This document shows, piece after piece, positions 38,447 through 46,384 of a stretch of 64,000 nucleotides of DNA. The translations under genes were made by a program, and so were the position numbers. The notes beneath the pieces are model-generated. The model did not search any database, was not told where the DNA came from, and saw nothing but the letters and a program-made list of their open reading frames with translations. Where the stretch lies: the IMG/VR virus record IMGVR_UViG_3300029798_000001. One strand, 5' to 3'. Within the stretch, counting starts at the first letter, position 1. Every line of letters begins with the position of its first letter. The DNA is from a virus. Taxonomy: Duplodnaviria; Caudoviricetes.

Positions 38447-38785
38447 ATGAAATTAATCACAGCAGTAATCAAGCCCTTTAAACTAGACGAAGTTCGAGAA
38501 GGTCTAGCCGAGGTTGGCATCACTGGGTTAACTGTAACAGAAGTCAAAGGCGTTGGGCGGCAAAAAGGCCATACCGAGTTGTATCGCGGTGCTGAGTATG
38601 TAGTAGATTTTTTACCCAAGGTTAAAGTCGAAGCAATCGTTGAGGAGGGCTTAGTTGATCGTGCTATTGAGGCCATTATCAAATCTTCCAAGACCGGTAA
38701 AATTGGTGACGGTAAGATTTGGGTTACCGCAATTGAAGGCCTGGTTCGTATTCGTACAGGTGAATCTGGAAAGGATGCAGTATAA
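38447..38785 (+). CDS. glnK: Nitrogen regulatory protein PII (GlnK)
   Basis: MKLITAVIKPFKLDEV, GRQKGHTELYRGAEY, GKIGDGKI. Confidence 0.97.
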   Translation: MKLITAVIKPFKLDEVREGLAEVGITGLTVTEVKGVGRQKGHTELYRGAEYVVDFLPKVKVEAIVEEGLVDRAIEAIIKSSKTGKIGDGKIWVTAIEGLVRIRTGESGKDAV

Positions 38786-40161
38786 TGAAAAAATTACTAA
38801 CAGCATTAGCATTGTTCGCAGTATCGGCAGTGGCATTGGCCGCAGATGCTCCGGTGCCTAACCCGGGTAATACCGCTTGGGTATTGACTAGTACAATCTT
38901 AGTAACACTCATGGCTATTCCAGGCCTTGCATTGTTCTATGGTGGACTAGTTCGTAGTAAAAATATGTTGAGTGTGCTCATGCAGACCTTTGTAGTATTT
39001 GCTCTCATGGGTGTTCTTTGGACGGTGTTTGGTTACACACTAGCATTTACAGCAGGTACACCATTTATTGGTAGTATTGACAAGTTGTTCTTGTTGGGTA
39101 TTACTCCGGACTCTGTAGCGGCAACATTTAGTAAAGGTGTTGTTATTCCTGAGTTTAGTTTTGTAGCCTTTCAACTTACCTTTGCCGCAATCACTCCGGC
39201 ACTGATTATTGGTGCGTTTGCCGAGCGTGTTAAGTTTGGCGCCTTGTTGGCATTTATTACCATTTGGTTTATCTTTGCTTACTTGCCCATGGCACACATG
39301 GTTTGGTATTGGGACGGCCCTGATGCTATTACCAGTGCCGCCACATTAGAAGCAGTCACTAATTCAGCAGGCTGGTTGTGGGCCAAGGGTGCTTTAGACT
39401 TTGCCGGAGGTACAGTAGTTCATATCAATGCTGGTATTGCTGGCTTGGTTGGTGCTATCATGTTAGGCCGTCGTGTTGGTCTTGGTAAAGAAAATATGAG
39501 TCCACACTCATTGACACTTACTATGGTTGGTGCCGCATTGTTGTGGGTAGGTTGGTTTGGCTTCAACGCTGGATCTAATCTCGAAGCCACAGGTGTTGCT
39601 GCTCTTGCAGTTGTAAACACAATGGTTGCCACAGCAATGGCTGTATTAAGTTGGTCTGGAGTTGAGAAGTTGTTCAAAGGTAAAGCAAGTATGTTAGGGG
39701 CCGCATCTGGTGCTGTAGCAGGCTTGGTTGCGATTACTCCTGCTGCTGGTTTTGTAGGACCGATTGGTGCGTTAGTAATTGGGTTGGTTGTTAGTCCGAT
39801 TTGTTTTTTCTTTGTTGACAAAGTTAAACGCACATTTGGGTACGATGACGCACTTGATGTATTTGGTATTCACGGTGTAGGTGGTATTGTTGGTGCTATC
39901 CTCACTGGAGTGTTTGTTGCTCCATACCTAGGTGGTACTGGTGTATACGACTATGTGGCCAACAAGGTAGCAGACTTCGATATGGTGGCTCAACTTACAG
40001 CTCAATTATGGGCAGTGGGTACAGCCGTAGTGTTAAGCGGTGTAGTATCCGTAGTAGCATTCAAGTTAATTGACCTAGTCATTGGCCTGCGTGTTCCAGA
40101 AGAAGATGAACGAGAAGGGTTGGACATCACTTCACACGGTGAAACAGCGTATCACAATTAA
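38785..40161 (+). CDS. amtB: Ammonium transporter
   Basis: FYGGLVR, AHMVW, DFAGGTVVH, GWFGFNAGS, DDALDVFGIHG; twin His retained. Confidence 0.97.
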   Translation: MKKLLTALALFAVSAVALAADAPVPNPGNTAWVLTSTILVTLMAIPGLALFYGGLVRSKNMLSVLMQTFVVFALMGVLWTVFGYTLAFTAGTPFIGSIDKLFLLGITPDSVAATFSKGVVIPEFSFVAFQLTFAAITPALIIGAFAERVKFGALLAFITIWFIFAYLPMAHMVWYWDGPDAITSAATLEAVTNSAGWLWAKGALDFAGGTVVHINAGIAGLVGAIMLGRRVGLGKENMSPHSLTLTMVGAALLWVGWFGFNAGSNLEATGVAALAVVNTMVATAMAVLSWSGVEKLFKGKASMLGAASGAVAGLVAITPAAGFVGPIGALVIGLVVSPICFFFVDKVKRTFGYDDALDVFGIHGVGGIVGAILTGVFVAPYLGGTGVYDYVANKVADFDMVAQLTAQLWAVGTAVVLSGVVSVVAFKLIDLVIGLRVPEEDEREGLDITSHGETAYHN

Positions 40162-40176
40162 AGTAGTCGTTAATGA

Positions 40177-40205
40177 TAAAAAGGTGGCATTTCTGCCACC
40201 TTTTT
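40177..40205 (+). terminator. Intrinsic terminator
   Basis: AAAAGGTGGC-ATTTCT-GCCACCTTTTT. Confidence 0.8.
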
Positions 40206-40283
40206 ATCGTGGGTCAGTAAAAACCACTAAATATTATTCACGGGACATATATCTATGCCCTATCTTAAAAGGAAATAAATCAA

Positions 40284-41027
40284 ATGAAAAAAGTACTATT
40301 AGCAATTCTTGCTCTGGCTGGCATTACCGCGGCTCACGCTCAGGTAACTGGCAATTTAGGGTTAGCTTCTGACTACCGCTTCCGTGGTATCAGTCAAAGC
40401 CAAAATGCTCCTGCTGTTCAGGGCGGCGTTGACTATGCTCACTCTAGTGGTTTGTATATTGGTAACTGGAACTCATCAGTTTCTAGCCAAGTATATACAA
40501 ATGGCGCTGGTGTTGAGTCTGACTTGTACGCAGGTTGGAAAAAAGATATTTACAAAGGTCTGACATTGGATGTTGGTTCTTATAACTATTTCTATCCTCG
40601 TGCTACAGCAGCAAAAACTGGTTCAAACTTTGATACTTATGAAGCATTCTTAGGTTTAGGGTATGGTCCTTTAGCTGTTAAGTATAGCCAAACACTGGGC
40701 AACGGTTACTTCGGTACTGTTAATGCCAAAAACTCAAACTACACAGGTGCTGATGTAAATCAATCCTTTGAGCCACTAAGTGATACGTTGAAAGACTTGA
40801 GCTTCCTAGCTCACTATGGTCATACTTCGGTTGCTAATAGTTCTAACTTAAACTACAACGACATGAATGTTGGTCTAGGTTATGTATTGCCAAAAGATTG
40901 GAATATTGCTGCCAGGTACTATACTAATAGTTCAATGACCAGCACTTTCCAAAATGCTAACAATGTAAATGGACAGAAACTTTACAAAAATGCAGTTGTC
41001 GCAACATTGACAAAAACATTTGAATAA
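40284..41027 (+). CDS. TorF-family (TIGR02001-like) putative porin
   Basis: Signal peptide; SDYRFRGISQS..PAVQGG.DY.H.SG.Y.G.W.S, E.DLY.G; terminal KTFE. Confidence 0.85.
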   Translation: MKKVLLAILALAGITAAHAQVTGNLGLASDYRFRGISQSQNAPAVQGGVDYAHSSGLYIGNWNSSVSSQVYTNGAGVESDLYAGWKKDIYKGLTLDVGSYNYFYPRATAAKTGSNFDTYEAFLGLGYGPLAVKYSQTLGNGYFGTVNAKNSNYTGADVNQSFEPLSDTLKDLSFLAHYGHTSVANSSNLNYNDMNVGLGYVLPKDWNIAARYYTNSSMTSTFQNANNVNGQKLYKNAVVATLTKTFE

Positions 41028-41043
41028 TTATTCAATGTAACCA

Positions 41044-41069
41044 AAAAGGGCTCTTCGGAGCCTTTTTTT
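41044..41069 (+). terminator. Intrinsic terminator
   Basis: AAAAGGGCTC-TTCG-GAGCCTTTTTTT. Confidence 0.85.
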
Positions 41070-41149
41070 ACGGCTGGTTGACCTTATACACTAACTAGTA
41101 TATACTGAGCACTTAGTTAAAAATATTTTAGGAAATTAGCAAATATAGG

Positions 41150-41804
41150 GGTTGACAAAGTATAAATAACCCTACATATGAAACGAGCAATAATTCTAGG
41201 ATGTAGTCACGCAGCCGGTACCGAAATAGATAATGGCCGTACCTGTAGTTACCCAGTTAAAATTGCAGAACAGCTAGGATACACTCCGGAAAATTATGCC
41301 ATTGCCGGTGGCAGTAATGATGCGATGTTTCGCATATATGAAGAACAACACCCAAGTCTTGATAGTGCTGATATAATTATAGCCTGTTGGTCTGGCTACA
41401 ATCGTACAGAGATTTGGAATGATAAAATCAAAAACTGGCAAGCTCTTGCTCCCGGTAAAACAGATGTGGCGCCAAAGGAATACTTAGACTATCAACAGCA
41501 ATGGGTCACATACCATACCAATGATCATATTGGTCGTTTAAACAAAATTAAAAATATTATTGCGTTAAACACATTGGCTCAACAACAACATGTTCCGGTT
41601 GTTAATGTTGACAGTTTCTGGCCTGTACATAATTTTATATGGCCCAACTCGATTCAGTGGCCAATGACGGTTGACTTTTGGGAGTGGTGCAGTTATAATA
41701 ACTATCCAAAGACAGCGTGGGGACACTTTTTTGAACCTGCCCATAAAGAATTCGCAGAAATTGTTGTAAAAAGTGTAAAACCCAGGTTGACAAAGTATAA
41801 ATAA
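41150..41804 (+). repeat. 20-bp direct repeat of a dual early/late promoter flanking one gene
   Basis: GGTTGACAAAGTATAAATAA at 41150-41169 and 41785-41804. Confidence 0.9.
41178..41804 (+). CDS. SGNH-like hypothetical protein
   Basis: LGCSH, AIAGGSN, terminal GHF...AH. Confidence 0.55.
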   Translation: MKRAIILGCSHAAGTEIDNGRTCSYPVKIAEQLGYTPENYAIAGGSNDAMFRIYEEQHPSLDSADIIIACWSGYNRTEIWNDKIKNWQALAPGKTDVAPKEYLDYQQQWVTYHTNDHIGRLNKIKNIIALNTLAQQQHVPVVNVDSFWPVHNFIWPNSIQWPMTVDFWEWCSYNNYPKTAWGHFFEPAHKEFAEIVVKSVKPRLTKYK

Positions 41805-41824
41805 ACCTATATAATAACACTATT

Positions 41825-42037
41825 ATGAAACATTTAAACACTCATTCTTATTGTGTAGCGATAACAGGGAAACAGCCCGCGCCAGCCAATTGGCTCAGCA
41901 TCGAGGCATTATCCTTTACAAGTATTCGCGGCACAGATATTAATAGAATGGATTCAGAGGGTTGGGATGATTAGATAATAACATTATAATTTAATCACAC
42001 AACCCTGGAACTAAACACTCCGGGGTTTTTTATTTTA
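41825..42037 (+). promoter_or_regulatory. Candidate transcription attenuator: 49-aa leader, antiterminator and terminator
   Basis: Leader ORF 41825-41974; AGGGTT..TGATTA pairs with TAATCA..AACCCT, which overlaps terminator CCCTGGA/TCCGGGG + T-run. Confidence 0.65.
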
Positions 42038-42047
42038 AGGAAAGGAT

Positions 42048-42227
42048 TTATGCAGACAGATTATACAAAATTGAACGATCGTATTGTGAAGCAGGCGTAT
42101 GAAGTAGCTAACTTGACACTGAGTGAAGAACTCAAGACGAGACTGTTTCAGAATAAGATTGATCGTGCAGTTGCTATACTAAGGGCAAGAGAATTAAGCC
42201 CAGCGTTTAGTAGAAGCGAGTACTAAG
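42048..42227 (+). CDS. Small hypothetical protein MQTDYTKLNDRIVKQ...
   Basis: AAGGA RBS; 59 codons open; first ORF after the attenuator. Confidence 0.45.
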
Positions 42228-42420
42228 ATCAAGTAGTAAGTGTTATAGGAAACGAGATCCTTAACTCACTATAAAAAGTTTAAATGGGCGGCCAGTATGA
42301 TGAATCTCCTTGTGTGGAGTGAAAAACTACTGCGTATTAAAGCACATAGTATAGCGACTAAGCTATCACAGAAATGTGTAACTATGTGCTTTAATACACG
42401 CATTCCAAAGAGTGCGTTAT

Positions 42421-42509
42421 GGGCGCTGTTCTCACCGGGGGACTGTAAATCCCTTGCCTTAATATGGTGAGTGGTCGGCGATTAGGTTCAATTCCTTCAG
42501 TGCCCACCA
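42421..42509 (+). tRNA. Atypical tRNA-Tyr(GTA)-like RNA lacking a normally placed D-arm
   Basis: GGGCGCT/AGTGCCC acceptor, 9-nt linker, GGGGA-CTGTAAA-TCCCT arm, AGTGGT segment after the variable arm, TTCAATT loop, ACCA. Confidence 0.6.
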
Positions 42510-42517
42510 TTATATTC

Positions 42518-42562
42518 ATTGACGAGTTGAATGAGTAGGTTCGAATCCTACTGTCAGCACCA
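42518..42562 (+). pseudogene. tRNA minihelix/remnant (acceptor + T arm only)
   Basis: TTGACG/TGTCAG, GTAGG-TTCGAAT-CCTAC, ACCA. Confidence 0.5.
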
Positions 42563-42568
42563 AATATT

Positions 42569-42643
42569 GCCCTATTATCCTTAATGGTAGAGGTCCTGTT
42601 TTGTAATCAGGGTGTGGAAGTTCGATTCTTTCATGGGGCACCA
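42569..42643 (+). tRNA. tRNA-Thr(TGT)
   Basis: Cloverleaf, TT-TGT-AA loop, ACCA. Confidence 0.9.
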
Positions 42644-42773
42644 GATTATTGTTGTTTTTAGCAACAGAATGAATCGGTTGACCCAAAATGGGTAATAGCA
42701 TATAATAGTTGTATATTAAGTAATAAAGTTCATTAACAATTTGAGTAGAATATAAGCACCCTGGGAAGGGTCA

Positions 42774-43008
42774 CCATATTGAAGCATATTACTAACTATG
42801 GCTGGAGACCGACGGGCCTGTACGGTAGTTGATAGTATGTTTCAATATGGTGAGTCGGACAAACGTGTATGGACAACCGGGTAACTGGGGCTAATCCTAC
42901 ACACCGACACCATATTGAAGCATACTGCACTGAGTCGCTATCAGGCAGGAACATAGGGTTTGATCACCCGGGTAGGTTCGAATCCTACTGTAGTGTGTTT
43001 CAATATGG
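42774..43008 (+). repeat. Two copies of a long spacer stem CCATATTGAAGCATA.../...TGTTTCAATATGG
   Basis: 42774-42850 and 42910-43008; the second encloses a tRNA-like fold with a GTAGG-TTCGAAT-CCTAC T arm. Confidence 0.8.
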
Positions 43009-43084
43009 TAAGGTGGCCGAGGGGACCAAGGCAAGTGACTGCAAATCTCTACAACCGGGGGTTCGAATCCCTCTCTTACCTCCA
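43007..43084 (+). tRNA. tRNA-Cys(GCA)
   Basis: CT-GCA-AA loop, TTCGAAT, TCCA. Confidence 0.9.
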
Positions 43085-43199
43085 GAGCATTCCCGATCTA
43101 CTGAACTGGAAAACGGACAGTAAGTGGGAATCAAGTCCGGAATGCAAGCGCGGACCTAGGCACTAAAAAGGCCCTAGGCAACATGCTTCCCATAAATTT

Positions 43200-43276
43200 G
43201 GTTTGTTAGTCGAGTTGGTTAAGACGCCTGCCTGTCACGCAGGAGACCAGGGGTTCGAGTCCCCTACAGACCGCCA
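43200..43276 (+). tRNA. tRNA-Asp(GTC)
   Basis: CT-GTC-AC loop, GCCA. Confidence 0.92.
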
Positions 43277-43280
43277 AATT

Positions 43281-43775
43281 GCTCTCATCGTCTAGAGGCC
43301 TAGGACATCACCCTCAAGTGGTTGACAGCAGGGATAAATACTGTTTATGAGAGCTAAAGATTTTGTAGATATGCAACCGCAAACAAATCTACATGATTTG
43401 ACCCTTGCAGCATGGGTTTTTTATTCTACTACACCCGACAATGTTGACATTGACTTAAAATCTGAACCAATTGATAAATTTATTCCGCAGGCAAAAGGAA
43501 TATGGAATCATTTTAAGAAACAAATCGGCGAGAAGAGAAAAGTAGAGAGTATGATATCAACAATAAAAGCCAATATACCTTTCTCTCTTCCTGTATATGT
43601 TAAATTTAATGATCCTACTTTATACGTAGTAGAAGGAAGGCATCGATTATGCGCTTACTGGTTATCTGGAGCAAAAACTATTCCTGTTGCTTACGTGAAA
43701 CCTATAAGTCAAGATGGATCAAACTTAGTTAAAGCACCGCCTCTGGCACGCTAGGTTCGATCCCTGAGACCGCCA
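43281..43775 (+). pseudogene. tRNA-Glu-type gene split by an inserted ORF
   Basis: 5' half GCTCTCA-TCGTCTAGAGGCCTAGGACA-TCACC (43281-43315); 3' half AGGTTCGATCCC-TGAGACC-GCCA (to 43775). Confidence 0.65.
43347..43754 (+). CDS. ParB/Sulfiredoxin-like domain protein with an MRAKDF N-terminus
   Basis: YVVEGRHRL.AY...G...IPV motif; GATAAATA late promoter. Confidence 0.65.
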   Translation: MRAKDFVDMQPQTNLHDLTLAAWVFYSTTPDNVDIDLKSEPIDKFIPQAKGIWNHFKKQIGEKRKVESMISTIKANIPFSLPVYVKFNDPTLYVVEGRHRLCAYWLSGAKTIPVAYVKPISQDGSNLVKAPPLAR

Positions 43776-43784
43776 AAGTTTTAT

Positions 43785-43859
43785 ACAGCCATCGTCTAAC
43801 GGTTAGGACACCTGGTTTTCATCCAGGCAATCGGAGTTCGATTCTCCGTGGCTGTACCA
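43785..43859 (+). tRNA. tRNA-Glu(TTC)
   Basis: TT-TTC-AT loop, ACCA. Confidence 0.92.
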
Positions 43860-43869
43860 GTTTTACAAT

Positions 43870-43945
43870 CGCAGGGAGGGTCCGGTCACCAGCGGGGTCT
43901 CATAAGCCTTTGCCGTCCTTGGTTCAAATCCAAGCCCTGCAACCA
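43870..43945 (+). tRNA. Initiator tRNA-fMet(CAT)
   Basis: C1:A72 mismatch, G-rich anticodon stem, CT-CAT-AA. Confidence 0.8.
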
Positions 43946-43951
43946 AACAAT

Positions 43952-44027
43952 TCCGCAGTAGCTCAGTTGGTAGAGCGCAAAACTGTTAATTTTGATGTCC
44001 GAGGTTCGAGACCTCGCTGTGGAGCCA
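43952..44027 (+). tRNA. tRNA-Asn(GTT)
   Basis: CT-GTT-AA loop, GCCA. Confidence 0.92.
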
Positions 44028-44034
44028 AAACAAA

Positions 44035-44122
44035 GGAAGGTTGGCAGAGTGGTCGATTGCGTCAGTCTTGAAAACTGAAGGCTGTAACAGGTCCGTGAGT
44101 TCGAATCTCACACTTTCCTCCA
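44035..44122 (+). tRNA. tRNA-Ser(TGA)
   Basis: CT-TGA-AA loop, long variable arm. Confidence 0.92.
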
Positions 44123-44254
44123 GTATAGACCTCTAGGAGCCGGGTCCGGCGGTTAAGCTCTTAACCTAGTAAAATAAACAAGAGTGAGTTCTGCCAGTAA
44201 CTTTCAGTAGGATAAAAGTGTAGCTTGCTACTACTTCACTGGCAACTAATTTAA

Positions 44255-44341
44255 GGAGAGTTGGCCGAGCGGTAAGGCAACAGATTGCTAATCTGTCATT
44301 GGGTAACCGGTGGATAGGTTCGATTCCTATACTCTCCACCA
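44255..44341 (+). tRNA. tRNA-Ser(GCT)
   Basis: TT-GCT-AA loop, long variable arm. Confidence 0.92.
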
Positions 44342-44346
44342 GTAGT

Positions 44347-44420
44347 GCGGGTATGATGAAAAGGTATCCTGAATCCTTGCCAAGGATTATTTGAGAGTTC
44401 GATTCTCTCTACCCGCTCCA
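44347..44420 (+). tRNA. tRNA-Gly(GCC)
   Basis: TT-GCC-AA loop, TCCA. Confidence 0.9.
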
Positions 44421-44426
44421 AACAAC

Positions 44427-44504
44427 GGGTCTGTATGCCGCTTGGCTTCGAACCAAGAGAAAGCTAATGGATACATGCAGGTTCGACCCCTGTCAGACCC
44501 TCCA
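44427..44504 (+). tRNA. Atypical tRNA-Arg(TCG)-like RNA lacking a normally placed D-arm
   Basis: GGGTCTG/CAGACCC acceptor, 7-nt linker, CTTGG-CTTCGAA-CCAAG arm, AGCTAATGGAT segment, T arm, TCCA. Confidence 0.6.
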
Positions 44505-44507
44505 AGT

Positions 44508-44683
44508 TTTGTAAGTGTAGATGTTGAGAAAGTACAGTCCGCAAGACTGTATGAGAGGACGGTACAAGCCCGACCAAATGATAGCTACTCAAGTATCAAC
44601 TATCACTACGTACCTCTGTACCGGGCGCCCTAGTATTAACGGTTAAAATGATAGCGAATGAGTGAGGCGCTATTACTTACAAA
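44508..44683 (+). ncRNA. Candidate ncRNA enclosed by a TTTGTAAGT/ACTTACAAA stem
   Basis: Terminal 9-bp stem; internal hairpin TACAGTC-CGCAA-GACTGTA. Confidence 0.4.
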
Positions 44684-44692
44684 TTAATCAAT

Positions 44693-44894
44693 ATCCCTCC
44701 GTAAAGGATGTAGTAAGGAGCTCTCAGTTCCCTGTATGGTGAAGTAGTAGTTGATCCGAATCGCTCCTTGGTCGGAGTAGATGGTGATACTAAACGCTTC
44801 GTAAACTAAGAAAGTAAAGTCTAACCAACTGCACAATCTTAATACATATAAAGCTCTCCCGAATAACAGTGGTGAAAATCCACAAGGGATGCCA
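44693..44894 (+). ncRNA. Candidate ~200-nt RNA with tRNA-like termini
   Basis: ATCCCT/AGGGAT acceptor-like stem, GTGG-TGAAAAT-CCAC T-like arm, GCCA end. Confidence 0.5.
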
Positions 44895-44895
44895 C

Positions 44896-44974
44896 ACCCG
44901 GTTAGCTCAGTTGGTTTAGTAGCATTCGCTTGATAAGCGAAAGGTCCCTAGTTCGAGTCTAGGACCGGGTACCA
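44896..44974 (+). tRNA. tRNA-Ile(GAT)
   Basis: TT-GAT-AA loop, ACCA. Confidence 0.92.
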
Positions 44975-44981
44975 GTATTAT

Positions 44982-45055
44982 GAGTCTCAAGTGTTACGGT
45001 AGCACATCAGCCTCCAAAGCTGAGGGCCGGGGTTCGACTCCCTGGAGATTCGCCA
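44982..45055 (+). tRNA. tRNA-Trp(CCA)
   Basis: CT-CCA-AA loop, GCCA. Confidence 0.92.
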
Positions 45056-45061
45056 GTCAAT

Positions 45062-45110
45062 GGCGTGGGTAGCAAGGAAAGATAGGTTAAGCCCTAGACC
45101 TGCGTCGCCA
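45062..45110 (+). pseudogene. tRNA minihelix/remnant
   Basis: GGCGTGGGT/ACCTGCGTC stem, TAGG-TTAAGC-CCTA arm, GCCA. Confidence 0.45.
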
Positions 45111-45132
45111 AATTAACTTAAGAAAGAACCAA

Positions 45133-45606
45133 ATGAAGTTCAATATTCCACACATAACACAATTTATAGAAGCGCAAGGTCCAAACACTCGTATCTATAT
45201 TGGTGTGGATTCAGAACGTGTTCGCGGTCATGATAAGCAATGGCAAGCGATATACACTGCGGCTATTGTTGTACATATTAATGGTAACAACGGCTGTAAG
45301 TTATTTGGTGAGGTTACTCGTGAACGAGACTACGACCGAGTCGATAAGCCTAATACTCGCTTGATGACCGAAGTGTTCAAGGTAAGCGAACTGTATTTAA
45401 AACTTGCAGAAGTCTTAGAAGGTCGTGCTGTTGAGGTTCATCTTGATCTGAATCCAGACGAGCATCACGCTAGCTCTAATGTGGTGGCACAGGCTATTGG
45501 ATACATCCGCGGCACTTGTAATGTAGAGCCATTGGTTAAACCAAATGGATTTGCCGCAAGTTATGCTGCTGATAGAATGAGAGGTTTGCAGGTTGCTAAC
45601 GGGTAG
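45133..45606 (+). CDS. RNase H-like YkuK/DUF458-family protein
   Basis: IYIGVDS, RLMTEV, EVHLDLN, VKP..FAASYAAD. Confidence 0.75.
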   Translation: MKFNIPHITQFIEAQGPNTRIYIGVDSERVRGHDKQWQAIYTAAIVVHINGNNGCKLFGEVTRERDYDRVDKPNTRLMTEVFKVSELYLKLAEVLEGRAVEVHLDLNPDEHHASSNVVAQAIGYIRGTCNVEPLVKPNGFAASYAADRMRGLQVANG

Positions 45607-45665
45607 ACGCATTTTAATATTTTAATGCGTCTACCAATCATAAATAAACATAACAGGAGAGTATT

Positions 45666-46286
45666 ATGTTATGCGACTATGGTTGTAGTAAAGAAGCTAA
45701 GTTTACCCTTAAAAACGGAAAAAACTGTTGTAGTAAACGCCCGGCTGGATGCGAAGTGTTAAAGAAAATCAATGCCGATAAAGTAGCATTATCGCACAAA
45801 GAAGGCAGGCACGGGTATACTTACAATCCCAAAAGCAATTGGGCAAAAGGAAAAACCAAACTCGATGATAATAGAATTGGTAGTAGCTATAATCCAGATA
45901 CTCTATTTTCTTATGGTGAAAAGAACTTAGGCTCTATTGTTAGAAAACAAACTCTTATTAAAGAGCGTGGTCATAAGTGCGAATGTTGTAAATTAGAATT
46001 ATGGTTGGATACTCCTATTACCTTAGAACTCGATCATATTGACGGTGATAACAAAAATAATGTCAGAGACAATCTGAGACTATTGTGCCCTAATTGTCAT
46101 TCTAAAACTCCAACTTGGAGGAAGAGAAAGGCACCCGGCGGCAATTCCAAACATAGTGAAGATGCAATGTTAGTTGCAATTAAACAATCGGCTAATATGA
46201 ACGAAGTATTAAAAAGGTTAAATTTAAAGTGGGGTAGCTCTAGCACAATTGCAAGATTGATGTTAAAATATAATTTGAACTTTTAG
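45666..46286 (+). mobile_element. HNH homing endonuclease within the tRNA array
   Basis: CECC..ELDHIDGD..NN...NLRLLCPNCH; CATAAATA promoter; 11-bp hairpin upstream. Confidence 0.85.
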
Positions 46287-46291
46287 TAATT

Positions 46292-46377
46292 GGGGGAGTG
46301 ATGAAATTGGTAGACTTCCGGTCCTTAGAAGTCCGGGTCCTATGGGCGTGTCGGTTCGAGTCCGACCTTCCCCACCA
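46292..46377 (+). tRNA. tRNA-Leu(TAG)
   Basis: CT-TAG-AA loop, variable arm, ACCA. Confidence 0.88.
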
Positions 46378-46384
46378 TAAACAA

